A stretch of DNA of 64,000 nt from Chiloscyllium plagiosum (Eukaryota): positions 7,651,387-7,715,386 of the forward strand of contig NC_057750.1 in the NCBI RefSeq assembly GCF_004010195.1, in the 5' to 3' direction. The notes under the pieces are model-generated. The model was not told where the DNA came from. It did no database searches and saw only the letters and a program-made list of their open reading frames with translations. Below, piece by piece: positions 12,495 through 24,492 of the stretch. Numbering within the stretch: the stretch's first letter is position 1; the number at the start of each line of letters is the position of its first letter. Position numbers and translations under genes: made by a program.

Positions 12495-12960
12495 TAGAAT
12501 TAGATTCCCTACAGTGTGGAAGCAGATCCTTTGGCCCAACAAGTCCACACCGACCCTCCGAAGAGTAACACACCCAAACCTATTCCCCTACCCTATTTTT
12601 TTTTACCCCTGACTAGTGCACCTAACCTACACATCCCTGGACACTATAGGCAATTTAGGCAAAAGTGAGGACTTCTGAAGGACTTTTGCCCGAAACGTCG
12701 ATTTTCCTGCTCCTGGGATGCTGCCTGACCTGCTGTGCTTTTCCAGCACCACTCTAATCTAAACTATGGGCAATTTAGCATGGCCAATTCATCCTAACCT
12801 GCACATCTTTGGAATGTGGGAGGAAACCGGAGCACCCGGAGGGGACCCATGTAGACACGGGGAGAATGTACAAACTCCACACAGTCACCCGAGGGTGGAA
12901 TCGAACTTGGGTCCTGGTGCTGTGAGGCAGCAGTGCTAACCACTGAGCCACCATGCCACC
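12495..12960 (-). mobile_element. HE1/V-SINE-type SINE with nested PLE-end fragment (12659-12762)
   Basis: V-domain; insert flanked by actat(a/g)ggcaatttag duplication. Confidence 0.8.
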
Positions 12961-13654
12961 CACAAATGCCACTCCATTATGTTGTGGAGCATAAATACTG
13001 GCACAGACCAGTCGGGCCGAATGGCTCTTTTCCCCTCCCTTCTCTCTTGTGAGAATACACAAACGGCGCCACCAAAATCTACAAGTTGTTGTAAATGAAA
13101 TCAAACTGTTGCAATAAAACCAAGCTCCTCTTGGGGACGATGTAGAGCCACAGGTCTCAGCTGCACCACCTGCTGGGATAAAGCAATACTGCAGCTAATT
13201 AATTTGGCTGCTCGCTGGATTCATTTATTTTAAAATATAAATACAAATCCTTGAAATGATGGGAGTGGAAATTGTAGATTATGGAAACAGTTCAAACGGG
13301 GGAGGGGGGGGTTTGGGGAAAATGGGACAGGAGTAGAGGAGACTGAGGGGGCGATGTGACTGAGTTGGATTTAATTACGAGGGACATCGAAGAAACATTT
13401 AGCCATGACTAGGGATTGTGGGGGGGCTGGGTTTAAGGTTCATGTTTAAGGTGAGGGGCAGGAAGTTGAAAGAGGATGTCAGGAAAAACTCTTTAGAAAC
13501 CCTCAAAACATTTAGGAAGCATTTGGATGTGCACTTGTGACACCAGGGCTACGGGCCGGAAAGTGGGATTCAAAAGGTTGTTTTTGACTAAAGCAGATTA
13601 GATGGGCTGAAGGGCCATTTTCTGCGCTATAGACCTGTGGGATTCAAAAGAATT

Positions 13655-13933
13655 GAATCCCTGCAGTGCGGAAAAAGGCCATTTGGCCCATCGAGTCCAC
13701 ATTGGCCCTCCATAGAGCATGCCCACCTCCCCCATATATCACCCATCCAGCCTGCACATCCCCTGGACACTATGAGTCAACTTAACATTGCCAACTCATC
13801 CTAATACATCTTTGGACTGTAGGAGGAAACCCACACAGACACGGGGAGAATGTGCAAACTCCACACAGACAGGCTGGAATCGAACCTGGGACCCTGGCGC
13901 TGTGAGGCAGCAGTGCTAACCACAGAACCACCA
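13655..13933 (-). mobile_element. HE1/V-SINE-type SINE
   Basis: Head, V-domain and tail on minus. Confidence 0.75.
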
Positions 13934-14070
13934 TACAACCTGTAAGTGCAAGTGAATTGAATTAGTGCTGTTTGGTGATCGTTGGTTGGAATAGGTACGT
14001 TGAGCCAAATGGCCTGCTTCTCTGCTGCCTGACTCTGAACACGCAGCAGATAAGGAATCCAGTCGGTTAC

Positions 14071-14232
14071 CTGTGTGATCATGAACTTGGTGATCCTTTC
14101 CGGTAGCCGGCCCCTCTCGCTGGACAGGATCATTTCCAACATGTCACTGTGAAGCTTCTCCATGACGACAAACACCTTCTCGGGAGTCTCGAACATGCAT
14201 TCCAGGTTGACCACTCCAGGGTGAGACAGGCC
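14071..14232 (-). CDS. PRKD2: PKD exon 14 (162 nt) [54 protein letters not shown]
   Basis: tccacag acceptor, gtaacc donor, phase 0 to 0. Confidence 0.97.
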
Positions 14233-14646
14233 CTGTGGACAGAGGAGGGAGAATGAGGGCAGGAGGAGGTTACCCCAGCAACGAGGCGGGGGGGGGCAAA
14301 GATAGGTCCTGCCAACCCGCAGCAGAGATGGCATTTAATGGGGCAATACAGGAAAAGATAGATAAAAGATGTCAGCCGTTCAGGAGTATCCAGCTACTTG
14401 GGAAGTCCATCAGGAAGGTGGCAGTGAATTCTGGGAAGTCGGTCAGTCCTCCGAATCCCTCCTGGCCCAGTCGCCTTCAGTTGAGCGTTTGAATGGAGGA
14501 AAATTGGCAGGAAACCTATCGCCAGTCAGATCAACACTATGCCATAGAGCACCGGAAAGACGGACAGAAACAGACCACCCCCTGCAGCCCCTCCCGTTCA
14601 GGGGCCAATCTGCCATACGGGTGACCACCCCCAGCCCCGAGCTTAC

Positions 14647-14753
14647 CTGTAGGATGGCCACCTCATTGCGTAGCTGGCTCTCCTGTTTGGTTGGGAAGCG
14701 TAGTTTGTCAATGACTTTGATTGCTACGTCCCGCCCGGTCTCTCTGTGCTTGC
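14647..14753 (-). CDS. PRKD2: PKD exon 13 (107 nt) [36 protein letters not shown]
   Basis: ttcccag acceptor, gtaagc donor; VAIK lysine and helix C glutamate. Confidence 0.97.
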
Positions 14754-15204
14754 CTGGGAACAAAGAGCAGGGGATAGGGGTGCGAGGGAACAGTCAATGT
14801 GTTTGAACCACAGCGGGGAGGCCAATCAGCCCACTGCACCCATGCTAGCTCTTTGAAACAGCCGCCAATCCGAGTTGCGTCAATTCTAGAGCTTTCCCTG
14901 TCCAGATATTTATCCAATGCCTCCCACCCAGGCCCAGGGCAGGTAAAAACCAGGCCCAAGGCAGGTAAAAACCAGGCCCAGAGTGCAAGGTTTCTGTCAA
15001 CAAGTATTCTTTAGCAGAAATGGTGGAGATGGGTACAATTCCAACATTGAAGAGATTTGGACAGGTACATGGATAGAAAAGGTCGAGAGGGATACGGGTC
15101 AAATGGAAGTAAATGGGATTGGTTCAGTTTAGGAAACCTGGTCAGCAAGAACGAGTTGGGCCGAAGGGTCTGTTTCAATGCTGTATGACTCTATGAACCC
15201 ACTA

Positions 15205-15920
15205 CCCCACACATGCAAATGCACACGCAGACAGACATGCTGACAGACACAGACACACGCGCAGACAGACTGAAACACACGCAGACAGGCATGCTGACAG
15301 ACACACACACACAGACACAGCATGCTGACACACACACACACACACACACACAGACATGCTGACACACACACACAGACATGCTGACACACACACACACAGA
15401 CATGCTGACAGACACACACACAGACATGCTGACAGACACACACACACACACAGACACACGCGCAGAAACACACACAGACAGGCATGCTGACAAGAACACA
15501 CACAGACAGGCATGCTGACAAGACACACACACAGACACACACACACAGACACATACAGGCATGCTGACAAGACACACACACACACAGACGCACGCGCAGA
15601 CAGGCATGCTGACAGACACACACACACAACATGCTGACAGACACACACAGACAGGCATGCTGACAAGACACACACACACACATGCTGACAGACACACACA
15701 GACAGGCATGCTGACAAGACACACACACAGACACACACAGACAGAAACACACAAAGGCAGGCATGCTGACAAGACACACACACACAGACAGAAACACACG
15801 CAGACAGGCATGCTGACAAGACACACACACAGAGAGACAAACAGACAAACACAAACATTCAGACCTGCATACAGACACACACAGACAGTCAGACAGACAC
15901 ACACATGCGCACACAGAAAA
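15205..15920. repeat. (AC)n array punctuated by gcatgctgaca motifs
   Basis: Direct inspection. Confidence 0.95.
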
Positions 15921-16439
15921 GCTACAGATCCTGTTAAATACAAAGTTGGACCAAATTTCTTCATTTTCTAACTTTACAAAGTCAACAATCTCCATGACCA
16001 CCTGTGTGTGTCCCAAAGCCACGGTCTTGTGGCTGGAGTTGGTATCTCATCCCCTACTCCCTGAGCAAACCTGCAAATATGGCATCAGACTCGGAGTTGG
16101 GTTTGACATTGTTCATGCAGCGTGGCATCAATGGCTAGGCCAGTATTTGTTGCCTATCACTAAGAGCTGACCGCATCCCTGTGGGTCTGGAGTCACATGT
16201 AGTCCAGAGGGCAGATTTCCCTTCCTAATGGGCACTGGATGGAGTCTTACAGCATTCACTTGGGCACCTGGAGTCCCTGTACAGTGACACTGCCACAATG
16301 CTACTGTCTCACTAGGTTGAACAAGGGAATTGTTCTGAGGGGGATTGGATGCTTTGTTCTATGCCAAAGTGTAAGAACGGAACCAGGACTGGAGATAGCG
16401 CCACATGAATGCCAGTCTGCACTGTCTGGATAATCTCAC

Positions 16440-16512
16440 CTCCATAAACAATCCCAAACTGGCCTGATCCAAGCACCTCGTCTGCAAAGATCTGGTAGAC
16501 AGTCGCAATATC
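16440..16512 (-). CDS. PRKD2: PKD exon 12 (73 nt) DIATVYQIFADEVLGSGQFGIVYG, glycine-rich loop
   Basis: ccgccag acceptor, gtgaga donor; GxGxFG motif. Confidence 0.97.
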
Positions 16513-16649
16513 CTGGCGGAAGGAAAGCAGAGTGAGAGGAACAGGCAGTCAGAATGCAAATACCTCAGGGAGGGAAGTCCGAGGGATACTCTACAGGAGT
16601 TTCCCTGCAGGACAGGGATAGAGAACGATCACTTTATACTGTTCCAAAT

Positions 16650-17220
16650 CAGGGACAGCACGGGTTAGGTACAGAGTAAAACTCCCTCTACACTGTCCCC
16701 ATCAAACACTCCCAGGGACAGGGACAGCACAGGGTTAGATACAGAGTAAAGCTTCCTTTACACTGTCCTCCATCAAACACTCCCAGGACAGGGACAGCAC
16801 GGGGTTAGATACAGAGTAAAGCTCCCTCTACTCAGTCCTCCATCAAACACTCCCAGGACAGGGATGGCACGGGGTTAGATACAGAGTAAAGCTCTCTCTA
16901 CACTGTCCCCCATCAAACACTCCCAGGACAGGGATTGTACGGGGTTAGAGACAGAGTAAAGCTCTCTGTACACTGTGCCCATCAAATAGTCCCAGGACAG
17001 GGACAGCACGGAGTTAGATACAGGGTAAAGCTCCCTCTACACTGTCCCCATCAAACACTCCCAGAACTGGGACAGCATAGGGGTTGATACAGGGTAAAGC
17101 TCCCTCTACACTTTTAAAACTGAAAACAAAGTAAAGCTCCCTCTACACTGTCCCCATCAAGCACTCCTAAGGCAGGTAACAGTATGGGATGAAATACCAA
17201 GTGAAGCTTCCTCTACGCCG
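16650..17220 (+). repeat. ~69-bp minisatellite, ~8 copies
   Basis: Same unit as 8088-8490. Confidence 0.93.
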
Positions 17221-17312
17221 AGTTTTCTACATTAAACTGGATCTCCCATGACTGAGGCACTGCCACCCCTCTGGCAATTTGTGCTGTTGGTCTGCCCAGT
17301 GGCGATACTCAC

Positions 17313-17365
17313 CACATTCTCCAGACTCTGACTGTTGGGCACGGAGAAATTGACTGAGGCCTGTC
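17313..17365 (-). CDS. PRKD2: PKD exon 11 (53 nt) RQASVNFSVPNSQSLENV
   Basis: tttgcag acceptor, gtgagt donor, phase 1 to 0; matches the PKD2-type RQAS...ENV linker. Confidence 0.93.
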
Positions 17366-18560
17366 CTGCAAAGCGAAGCAATAAAAATCCCGATCAGTGA
17401 CACAGCCGGCGAATGAGCACGGGGACAGGTTGGCTGGCCTGAGCTCAGATTAGCACTGCCTTACCACCTGGGCGGGGGGTAAGAGTTGTCTTTAGGCATA
17501 CATGGCCCCCTCCCACACCCAAGGGTAAACAGGCTTCTTGTCCCTGAGCTACCAATTCAGGGGCAGCAGACAGTGGAAGACTGTGATATCCCCCAGGGCC
17601 CAACAGTTTGCCAGTACCTCTCCATTCATCCATCAGGAATGGCCACTTGCGTCATCTACAGGGACGCTGCAGGGAACCCACCGTCTCTCCCCTTGAGTGG
17701 GGGCCATGGGGTGAGGGGTCAGCTGTACTGAACCAGGCCACTGGTGTGCCATGTGGGCAGGGGTCCACCCGCCCTGGGCATTGCCAAAGGCGAGGCCGAT
17801 AGAGTCAGCTCCCATTTTGAAGGGCAAGGTGCTGGCCTTCCGGTTCTGAGGATAGAGGTTTCAAATCCCACTTGAGCCCATTAGGCAAAGTGTAGTGCCT
17901 GAGGGAGTGCCGCGTCGTCAGGGGTACTGATGTTTGGGTGCAGCTGCTCACCCATGTCGATGCCCCCACCGGCTGTGGGTCCTCGAGGGACAGCACTACC
18001 CTGGCCAATATTCGCCACTCAGGAACCATCACCGAAAACAGATTAATTGACGGCGATCAGATCATGTGGGGGTATTGCTGGGTAATGCGATTGCAAGAGG
18101 CGCTATGTAAATGCACACTTTTCCGTCACTTAAAGAGAGAGCGTGAGATAAAGGATAACATTGATGTGGATACAGAGGGCTCACTAGATGTATTCCTGAG
18201 CCAAAAGTCTTATCCCTGGAGGAGAGATGGAGCAGTTAAGAGGCCCGTACTCACTAGAGTTTAGAAAAATGAGAGGAGATCGAAGTGAAGGATAGAAGAT
18301 GCTAAAGGGGATTGACACAGTAGATGTGGAGAGGGTGCTTTCTCATCTGAGAGGTCGTAGGTATAGGATAAGGGGGAGCAGCACGGTGGCTCAGTGGTTA
18401 GCACTGTTGCCTCATAGTACTAGGGACCTGGGTTCGATTCCACCCTCAGGTGACTGTCTGTGCGGAGTTTGCACGTTCTCCCTGTGTCTGATTGTGGGTT
18501 TCCTCCCACAATCCAAAGGTATGCCGGTTCGGGTGGATAGGCCATAGGAAATTGCCTGCA

Positions 18561-18893
18561 GGGGCGGCACGGTGGCTCAGTGGTTAGCACTGTTGCCTCA
18601 CAGCGCCAGGGGACCAGGTTCGATCCCTGCCTCGGGCGACTGACTGTGTGGAGTTTGTACATTCGCCCCGTGTCTGCGTGGGTTTCCTCCGGGTGCTCCG
18701 GTTTACCCCCACAATCCAAAGATGTGCAGGTTAGGGTGGGTTGGTCGTGCTAAATGGCCCGTAGTGATTAGTGCATTAGTCAGGGGTAAGTATGGGGTGG
18801 GGGAATAGGTCTGGGCGGGTTGCTCTTCGGAGGGTCGGTGTGGACTTGTTGGGCCGAAGGGCTAGTTTCCATATTGTAGGGAATCTAATCTAA
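18561..18893 (+). mobile_element. HE1/V-SINE-type tRNA-derived SINE, full length (partial copy directly upstream at 18373-18560)
   Basis: A box tggctcagtggtt, B box ggttcgatccc, V-domain gtgtggagtttg..ccggtt..cccaca.tccaaagatgtgcaggttagg, CR1-like tail gggccgaaggg..aatctaatcta. Confidence 0.88.
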
Positions 18894-19674
18894 AGAAAAC
18901 ATGCGCAGGCTGGGCGGGTTAGCTGTGGGGAAATGCAGGAATAGGGGGTGCAGTGGATCTGGGTGGGATGCTCTTCAAAGGGTGAGGGCAGACTCGATGG
19001 GCTGAATGGCCTGCTTCCACACTGGGTTCCAAAGAGCTGTGGAAATTGCTAGTCCAGAGTGTGGTGGATGCTGGGACATTGAGTAAATGTAAGGAAGAGA
19101 TATAGGCAGATTTTTAATTGGTGAAGGGTTATGGGGAGTGGGCAGAAAGTGGGGTTGAGGCTGAGATGAGAACAGCCATGATTGTATTAAATGGCGGAGC
19201 GGGCTTGGGATGGGCTGAATGGCCCACTACTACTCCCAGTTCTTGTGATCAGCTCAGTGCTGCCACTTAGCAGGCCTACAAATGGAATTCCTGACAAATC
19301 AAGATCATCAAAGTGGTTGTAGAGCCAACCTCATGTATCCATTTGCAATTATCCCCCAGCCCCCAGCATGGGACAATGTGGGGAGGCAGCGAGAGAGGGG
19401 TGGGGGGGAATGGAGTAGGTGCTCTCTATTTTGCACTTGCGACCCAATCAAATCAAACAAGGAGAGACAAGAGACGTAGGAGCAGGGAAACTGAAAGAGT
19501 GAGTTAGCGTCCCCTGGGTCACTCTGCAGATCACTGGCAAGAGAGAGTGTGGGGACATATACAGTGGGCTGAATGGCCTCCTCCAATGCTGTCCTGACAG
19601 TGACCTCTGGAAAGCCAAGGGAGAGCTGGAGGACACGATGGTGAACGGGAAGGTGGAGAAGCTCAGGCTCTTAC

Positions 19675-19933
19675 TGTGTGGGGTCTGCTCCTGGGGGTCC
19701 TGAGTGTCCTGGAAGATGACAGGTTTCAGTGCTTGCCGGATAGCTGCTTCCCAGGCCTTGGCCTCCTCCACCCAGGAGACGCTGCCCGTATCTCCGGATC
19801 CCGAAGGTGCGTGCGAGGCAGGATTCTCGCCCACAAAGTACACCACGTTGCCTGTCCGGATCTCGAAGCAGTGAGGGATGGTCGCAGAGTTCTCAGCAGG
19901 TTCCACCCCCAGGATCTCCGAGAGAGGGATCTC
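19675..19933 (-). CDS. PRKD2: PKD exon 10 (259 nt) [36 protein letters not shown]...[26 protein letters not shown]
   Basis: tgtccag acceptor, gtaaga donor, phase 0 to 1; PH C-terminal helix W-x-x-AIRQAL. Confidence 0.96.
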
Positions 19934-20044
19934 CTGGACAGGCAGAGAGGACGGCGGGAAGGGGGGGGGGGGGGGAGGGGGGGGGGGGGGGGGGAGGGGG
20001 GGGGGGAAAACAGTAGAAAACAGATCAGACACGTCTGGACTCTA

Positions 20045-20350
20045 ACCCCTACTTTTTGAAACCGACAGAGTAAAGCTTCCTCTACTCTCTGAAACCGACA
20101 CTGTAAAGCTTCCTCTACTCTCTGAAACCGACACTGTAAAGCTTCCTCTACTTTCTGAAACCAACAGTGTTAAGCTTCCTCTACTCTCTGAAACCAACGT
20201 AAGTAAAGCTCTCTCTATTCTCTGAAACCGAGTAAAGCTCCCTCTACTCTCTGAAACCGACAGTGAGGTGCCCTCCACACTATCCCCATCCAACATCCAA
20301 CATCCCAGGACACACACAGCCCAGATTAGAGATGGTAAAGCTCCCTCTCC
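20045..20350 (+). repeat. 33-bp minisatellite gtaaagcttcctctactctctgaaaccgacact, ~7 copies, plus a degenerate 69-mer
   Basis: Direct inspection. Confidence 0.85.
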
Positions 20351-20687
20351 TAATCCCTACAAATGGCTCAGCTCTAACCCCCGAGCGCCAGCCACTCCTG
20401 CATCAATGTGATTGACTTCCTTCCCCTGCCCCAGTACCACCATCCCTTTGACAACTTGGGGCTGAGTCAGCCTCTGGGATCATGTGCATGGTGGACAAAT
20501 TTCCTGAAGGCTGGATTTTGTCCAAGTAACAGGGGAAAACGAAATTTCAGAGTCAGAACGGTGCGTGACCTGGATGGCGAATTCGCAAATGTGCTCAGAC
20601 CTTGCACCCAGCGCTCTCTGGGGGTTTGGAACTTACTTTCACAAGGAGCCTCACTGAGTTGCTGTAGTGTCCTGTGAAATCAGTGGT

Positions 20688-20725
<38 letters not shown>

Positions 20726-20912
20726 GGTCAATGACCAGGTTAGCATTAACTGCCCATCCCTAATATCTCTTCAATAGACTGGTGGGATGTGGGCATCACT
20801 AGCTGGGTCAACATTTATCCCCATCCCTAGTTGCCCCTGGAGAAGGTAGTGGGAGCGGCCTTCTTGCAGTCTACCTGCTGTGGGTTGACCCACAATGCCC
20901 TTATGGAGGGAA

Positions 20913-21155
20913 TTAGAGTCATAGAGATGTACAGCACGGAAACAGACACTTTGGTCCAACCCGTCCATGCCGACCAGATATCCCAACCCAATCTAGTCCC
21001 ACCTGCCAGCACCCAGCCCATATCCCTCCAAACCCTTCCTATTCATATACCCATCCAGATGCCTCGTAAATGTTGCAATTGTACCAGCCTCCACCACTTC
21101 CTCTGGCAGCTCATTCCATACACGTACCACCCGCTGCGTGAAAAAGTTGCCCCAC
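20913..21155 (-). mobile_element. CR1-type LINE 3' end
   Basis: Reverse complement of the standard tail. Confidence 0.8.
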
Positions 21156-21424
21156 TGAAGGAAAGACAGTATATTTCCAAGTCAGGATGGAGTGGGGGGC
21201 ATCTTGTTCCACGTTCCCATGTATCTGCTCCCCTTGTCCTTCTAGATGGAATTGGTTGTAGTTTTGGATAATGCAGCCTTGGTGAATTTCAAATAAAACA
21301 ATCATCCAGATTCCACCCCTCCAGTAAACCTCGCTTAAACCCCTCCAGGCTTCAGAGGCGTCAAGATGTTGCATCTCGACGGGAGTACTTGGCCTATAAT
21401 GTCGTTCACACACAAAGGCCTTAC

Positions 21425-21502
21425 CTTGTAATACTTATTTCCGGTGTCATTGTGAAACAGGGTGATGCACTTGCAGTCCAGTCTCCAGTAATGCCTCTTC
21501 CG
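21425..21502 (-). CDS. PRKD2: PKD exon 9 (78 nt) [26 protein letters not shown]
   Basis: cttgcag acceptor, gtaagg donor, phase 0 to 0. Confidence 0.97.
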
Positions 21503-21609
21503 CTGCAAGAAGGCAGGAGAGAAGGCAACTGTAGGTCACTGAGCAATAGCTGCTTGGACAAGACACAACAGACAGAACGACCCATCAAACTCAAACTCAA
21601 CAGGAGAAA

Positions 21610-22505
21610 ATGGAGAGGATCCATTGGAGGTCTGCTCAATGCGGATCGGTTCCAATGGGAAGGGGGTGGATCCTTCCATCCAGCAGGGAGTGGATTCACT
21701 GCAATTATACCCATTGAGAAAAGGATGGGCCCCTGGGAAGGGAGTGGGTCCACTTGACTCTGACTTGGAGAAGAAAAGCTGCAGGTCGGCCGGAATGCCA
21801 TCAAAGGTGTGGAGGATCCACGAAACCTCTATCCAATGGATCCACTGGAAATCTGTCAAATCGTAAAGGGGTGGATACACTGGAATGCCATCCAAGGCAC
21901 AGAGGATGATCCACTGGAATTCTGTCCAATGGAAACAGAATTGATCCACTGGAATATCATCCAAGGAAACGACAGAAAATATCCAACGGAAAATGGGTGG
22001 ATCCATTCTGTCAAGTAGGAAATGGGGTGGGCCCACTGGAATTTTTATCCCAGGAATGGAGGATCCACCAATTTTTTATCCAATGGAAAAGGAATGGATC
22101 CACTGGAATGCCATCCAAAGAATGGGGGATCCACTGGAATCCCATCCAACAGAAAATGGGTGGATTCACTGGAATGCCACCCAAGGAAAGGGAAATCCAC
22201 TGGAATTTCTATCCAAAGGGAAAGGTATTGATCTACTGGAATACCATCTTAGGGATGGAGGATCCACCAAAATTCCATCCAATGGAAAAGGAACAGATCC
22301 ACTGGAATGCCATGCAAGAGAAAGGGAAATCACTGGGAAGTATTCCAATGAAATGCCATCTAAGGGTAGGTGGACCCTCTGGCATTCTGTCTGACAGGAA
22401 AGGGCCGGGTCCATTGGAAGGTCATCCATGGGAAGGGGTGGGGCCATTGGAATTCTCCCCAATGGGGAGGCAGTGAATCCACAGGAATCATTTCCAATTG
22501 GAGCC
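21610..22505. repeat. Degenerate ~30-36-bp satellite with core ggatccactggaatgccatccaa
   Basis: Recurring core with purine-rich linkers filling most of intron 8. Confidence 0.85.
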
Positions 22506-22721
22506 AAGGGCTGGGTCCAATGTAATTGCATTGACTGGCACCTGAACGAGGAGGGGCAGAGGGAGCCAGCGTCATGGAAAACCCAGTGGGGAGCCCACAG
22601 AGACACTCACCCCCCACCCCCAGCTCCAATTGGAAATGATTCCAGTGGATTCACTGCCTCCCCATTGGGGAGAATTCCAATGACCCCACCCCTTGGATGA
22701 CATTCCAATGGACCTGGCCCT
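22401..22721. repeat. ~100-bp inverted repeat with 118-nt spacer
   Basis: 22401-22504 versus reverse complement of 22623-22721: about 4 substitutions and one 5-nt indel. Confidence 0.9.
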
Positions 22722-22893
22722 GATGCCCCAGTCCACAGGTAATGGGAGGGACTGGAAATGCCAATGGCAGGAAGGGGGGGCATACGCAAGGGAAGCGAGG
22801 TGAAACCCCCCACCCCCCCATAAAAACCAAAGGTGCGGGGGGGAGGGGGGGGGAAAGCGGGTCGCGATATGACTGAGACTAGGTTCCTTTTAC

Positions 22894-23017
22894 CAGCGCA
22901 TCCCTGTTACTGTAGTGAACCACCCAACCCTCTTTCAGGGTGGTGCTGGATTTCCGCTTGGTCTGCTTGACAGACTGTACCACACGCATCAGGGGGATGT
23001 TGCTGGCCATGGGATCA
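22894..23017 (-). CDS. PRKD2: PKD exon 8 (124 nt) [44 protein letters not shown] start
   Basis: cttccag acceptor, gtaaaa donor, phase 2 to 0; IPLMRVVQS motif. Confidence 0.96.
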
Positions 23018-23859
23018 CTGGAAGAGAAGACATGGAGGTGAGAGATTCCCCATTCCTGTCACCTCCCAAACAAAACGAGAAAGAATCGATGTACTCGTTT
23101 TAAAGCAACCAATTCTGCAAAAAAAAAAGGGGGGGAGGGTAGTGATCCATTCAGAGTAGCCCGATCACTGTAGTGAGGGCCATCTGCTCAAGTGGCTGGC
23201 TTGCTAGGCCATTTGAGACGCTGGTGAGCAGTCAGTTACCCAGTGTGGGACTGGAGTCACATGTAGGGCTGACGGCAACCCAGCTGGGGTTTTGAAACAG
23301 CTCCCATGGCCTTTATCCCACGGCAACATTCAGAGGTGACCGGATTTACTGAATCCAAATTTCCCATCGCCTCCCCCCACCAAACACACACACACATACA
23401 CACAGTCACAGACACACACACACACAGACACACACTCACATACTCACTCACAGACACACACTCCGTTACTAGGCCATGACTACCCTCCTTCACTCACTGA
23501 GTAGACCCTCGCTTCTGAATTCCAGAGGTTTTGGGAGGGTTGGGGAAGGGGAGCTAAAGTCCCACTTTAGGGTGAGAATACAAAAATCGAGACTGGCTCT
23601 GAAGGATGCCACACTGTTGGAGGTGCCATCTTTGGATGGAGACATTACATTGAGGGTTGATGAAGGGCTCCTGCCTGAAATGTCGATTCTCCTGCTCCTC
23701 GGATGCTGCCTGACCTGCTGTGCTTTTCCAGCACCACTCTAATCTTGGCTCTAACTTCCAGCATCTGCAGTCCCCACATTACACAGAGGCCCTACCTGAC
23801 CGTCTGTGTGGATTTTCGCACTGTTTTGGTGTGTATTGTGCTATTGTCACTAACTATTC

Positions 23860-24492
23860 TTCGAACGTTTGCGTCACAGGTAGACAGGGACGTGGAAGAA
23901 GGCGTTTAGCACGCTTGCCTTCACAGCATTGGAGTTGAGACGTGAGGTTGTACTGGATGTTGGGGAGGCCACTTTTGAAGGACTGTGCGCTGTTCCAGTT
24001 GCCCAGCGATAGGAAGGATATTATTAAGTTGGAGAGAGTTCAGAAAAGATTTACCAGGATGCTACTGGGGACTAGAGGGTTTGAGTTATAGGGAGAGGCT
24101 GGATAGGCCTGGATTTCTTTCACAGGAGCATAGGAAGTTGAGGGGTGACCATATAGAGGTTTATAAAATCAAGAGGGGCACATGAATAGCAAAGATCTAG
24201 GGTAGGGGAGACCAAACCTCGAGGGCATAGGCTTAATGTGAGAGGAGAAAGGTATCTGAGGGACAATGGTTTCGCACAGAGGGTGGCTCATATGTGGAAT
24301 GATCTGCCAGAGGGAAGTGATAGATTCAGGTACAGTTACAACATTTAAAAGACATTTGGATAGGGACATGGATAGGAAAGGTTTAGAGGATTATGGGCCA
24401 AATGCAGGCAAGTGGGACTAGTTCAGTTTGGAAAACTTTATCAGTATGGATGAGCTAGACTAAAGGGGCCTGTTTCCAGCTGTATGACTCTC
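23860..24492 (+). mobile_element. CR1-type LINE 3' fragment
   Basis: GLSYRERLDR..LRGDHIEVYKI; standard tail. Confidence 0.8.

Noticed and set aside
15129..16022. Cys/Val- or His/Thr-rich ORFs (also 1749-2200, 4823-5936, 58976-59335)
   Set aside because: Translations of dinucleotide microsatellites.
18561..18635. tRNA gene-like A and B boxes (many copies)
   Set aside because: They continue into SINE bodies and lack a full cloverleaf and terminator; these are SINE heads.
21610..22505. CRISPR-like pattern of conserved palindromic core plus variable linker
   Set aside because: Linkers are short and related to each other, repeats are degenerate, there are no cas genes, and the context is a vertebrate intron.
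23655..23775. Family A copies here and at 12660-12760 and 50755-50870 as active ribozymes
   Set aside because: Core or stem III is mutated (e.g. UUGAUGA without A8, GAAAU); kept only as decayed repeat copies.
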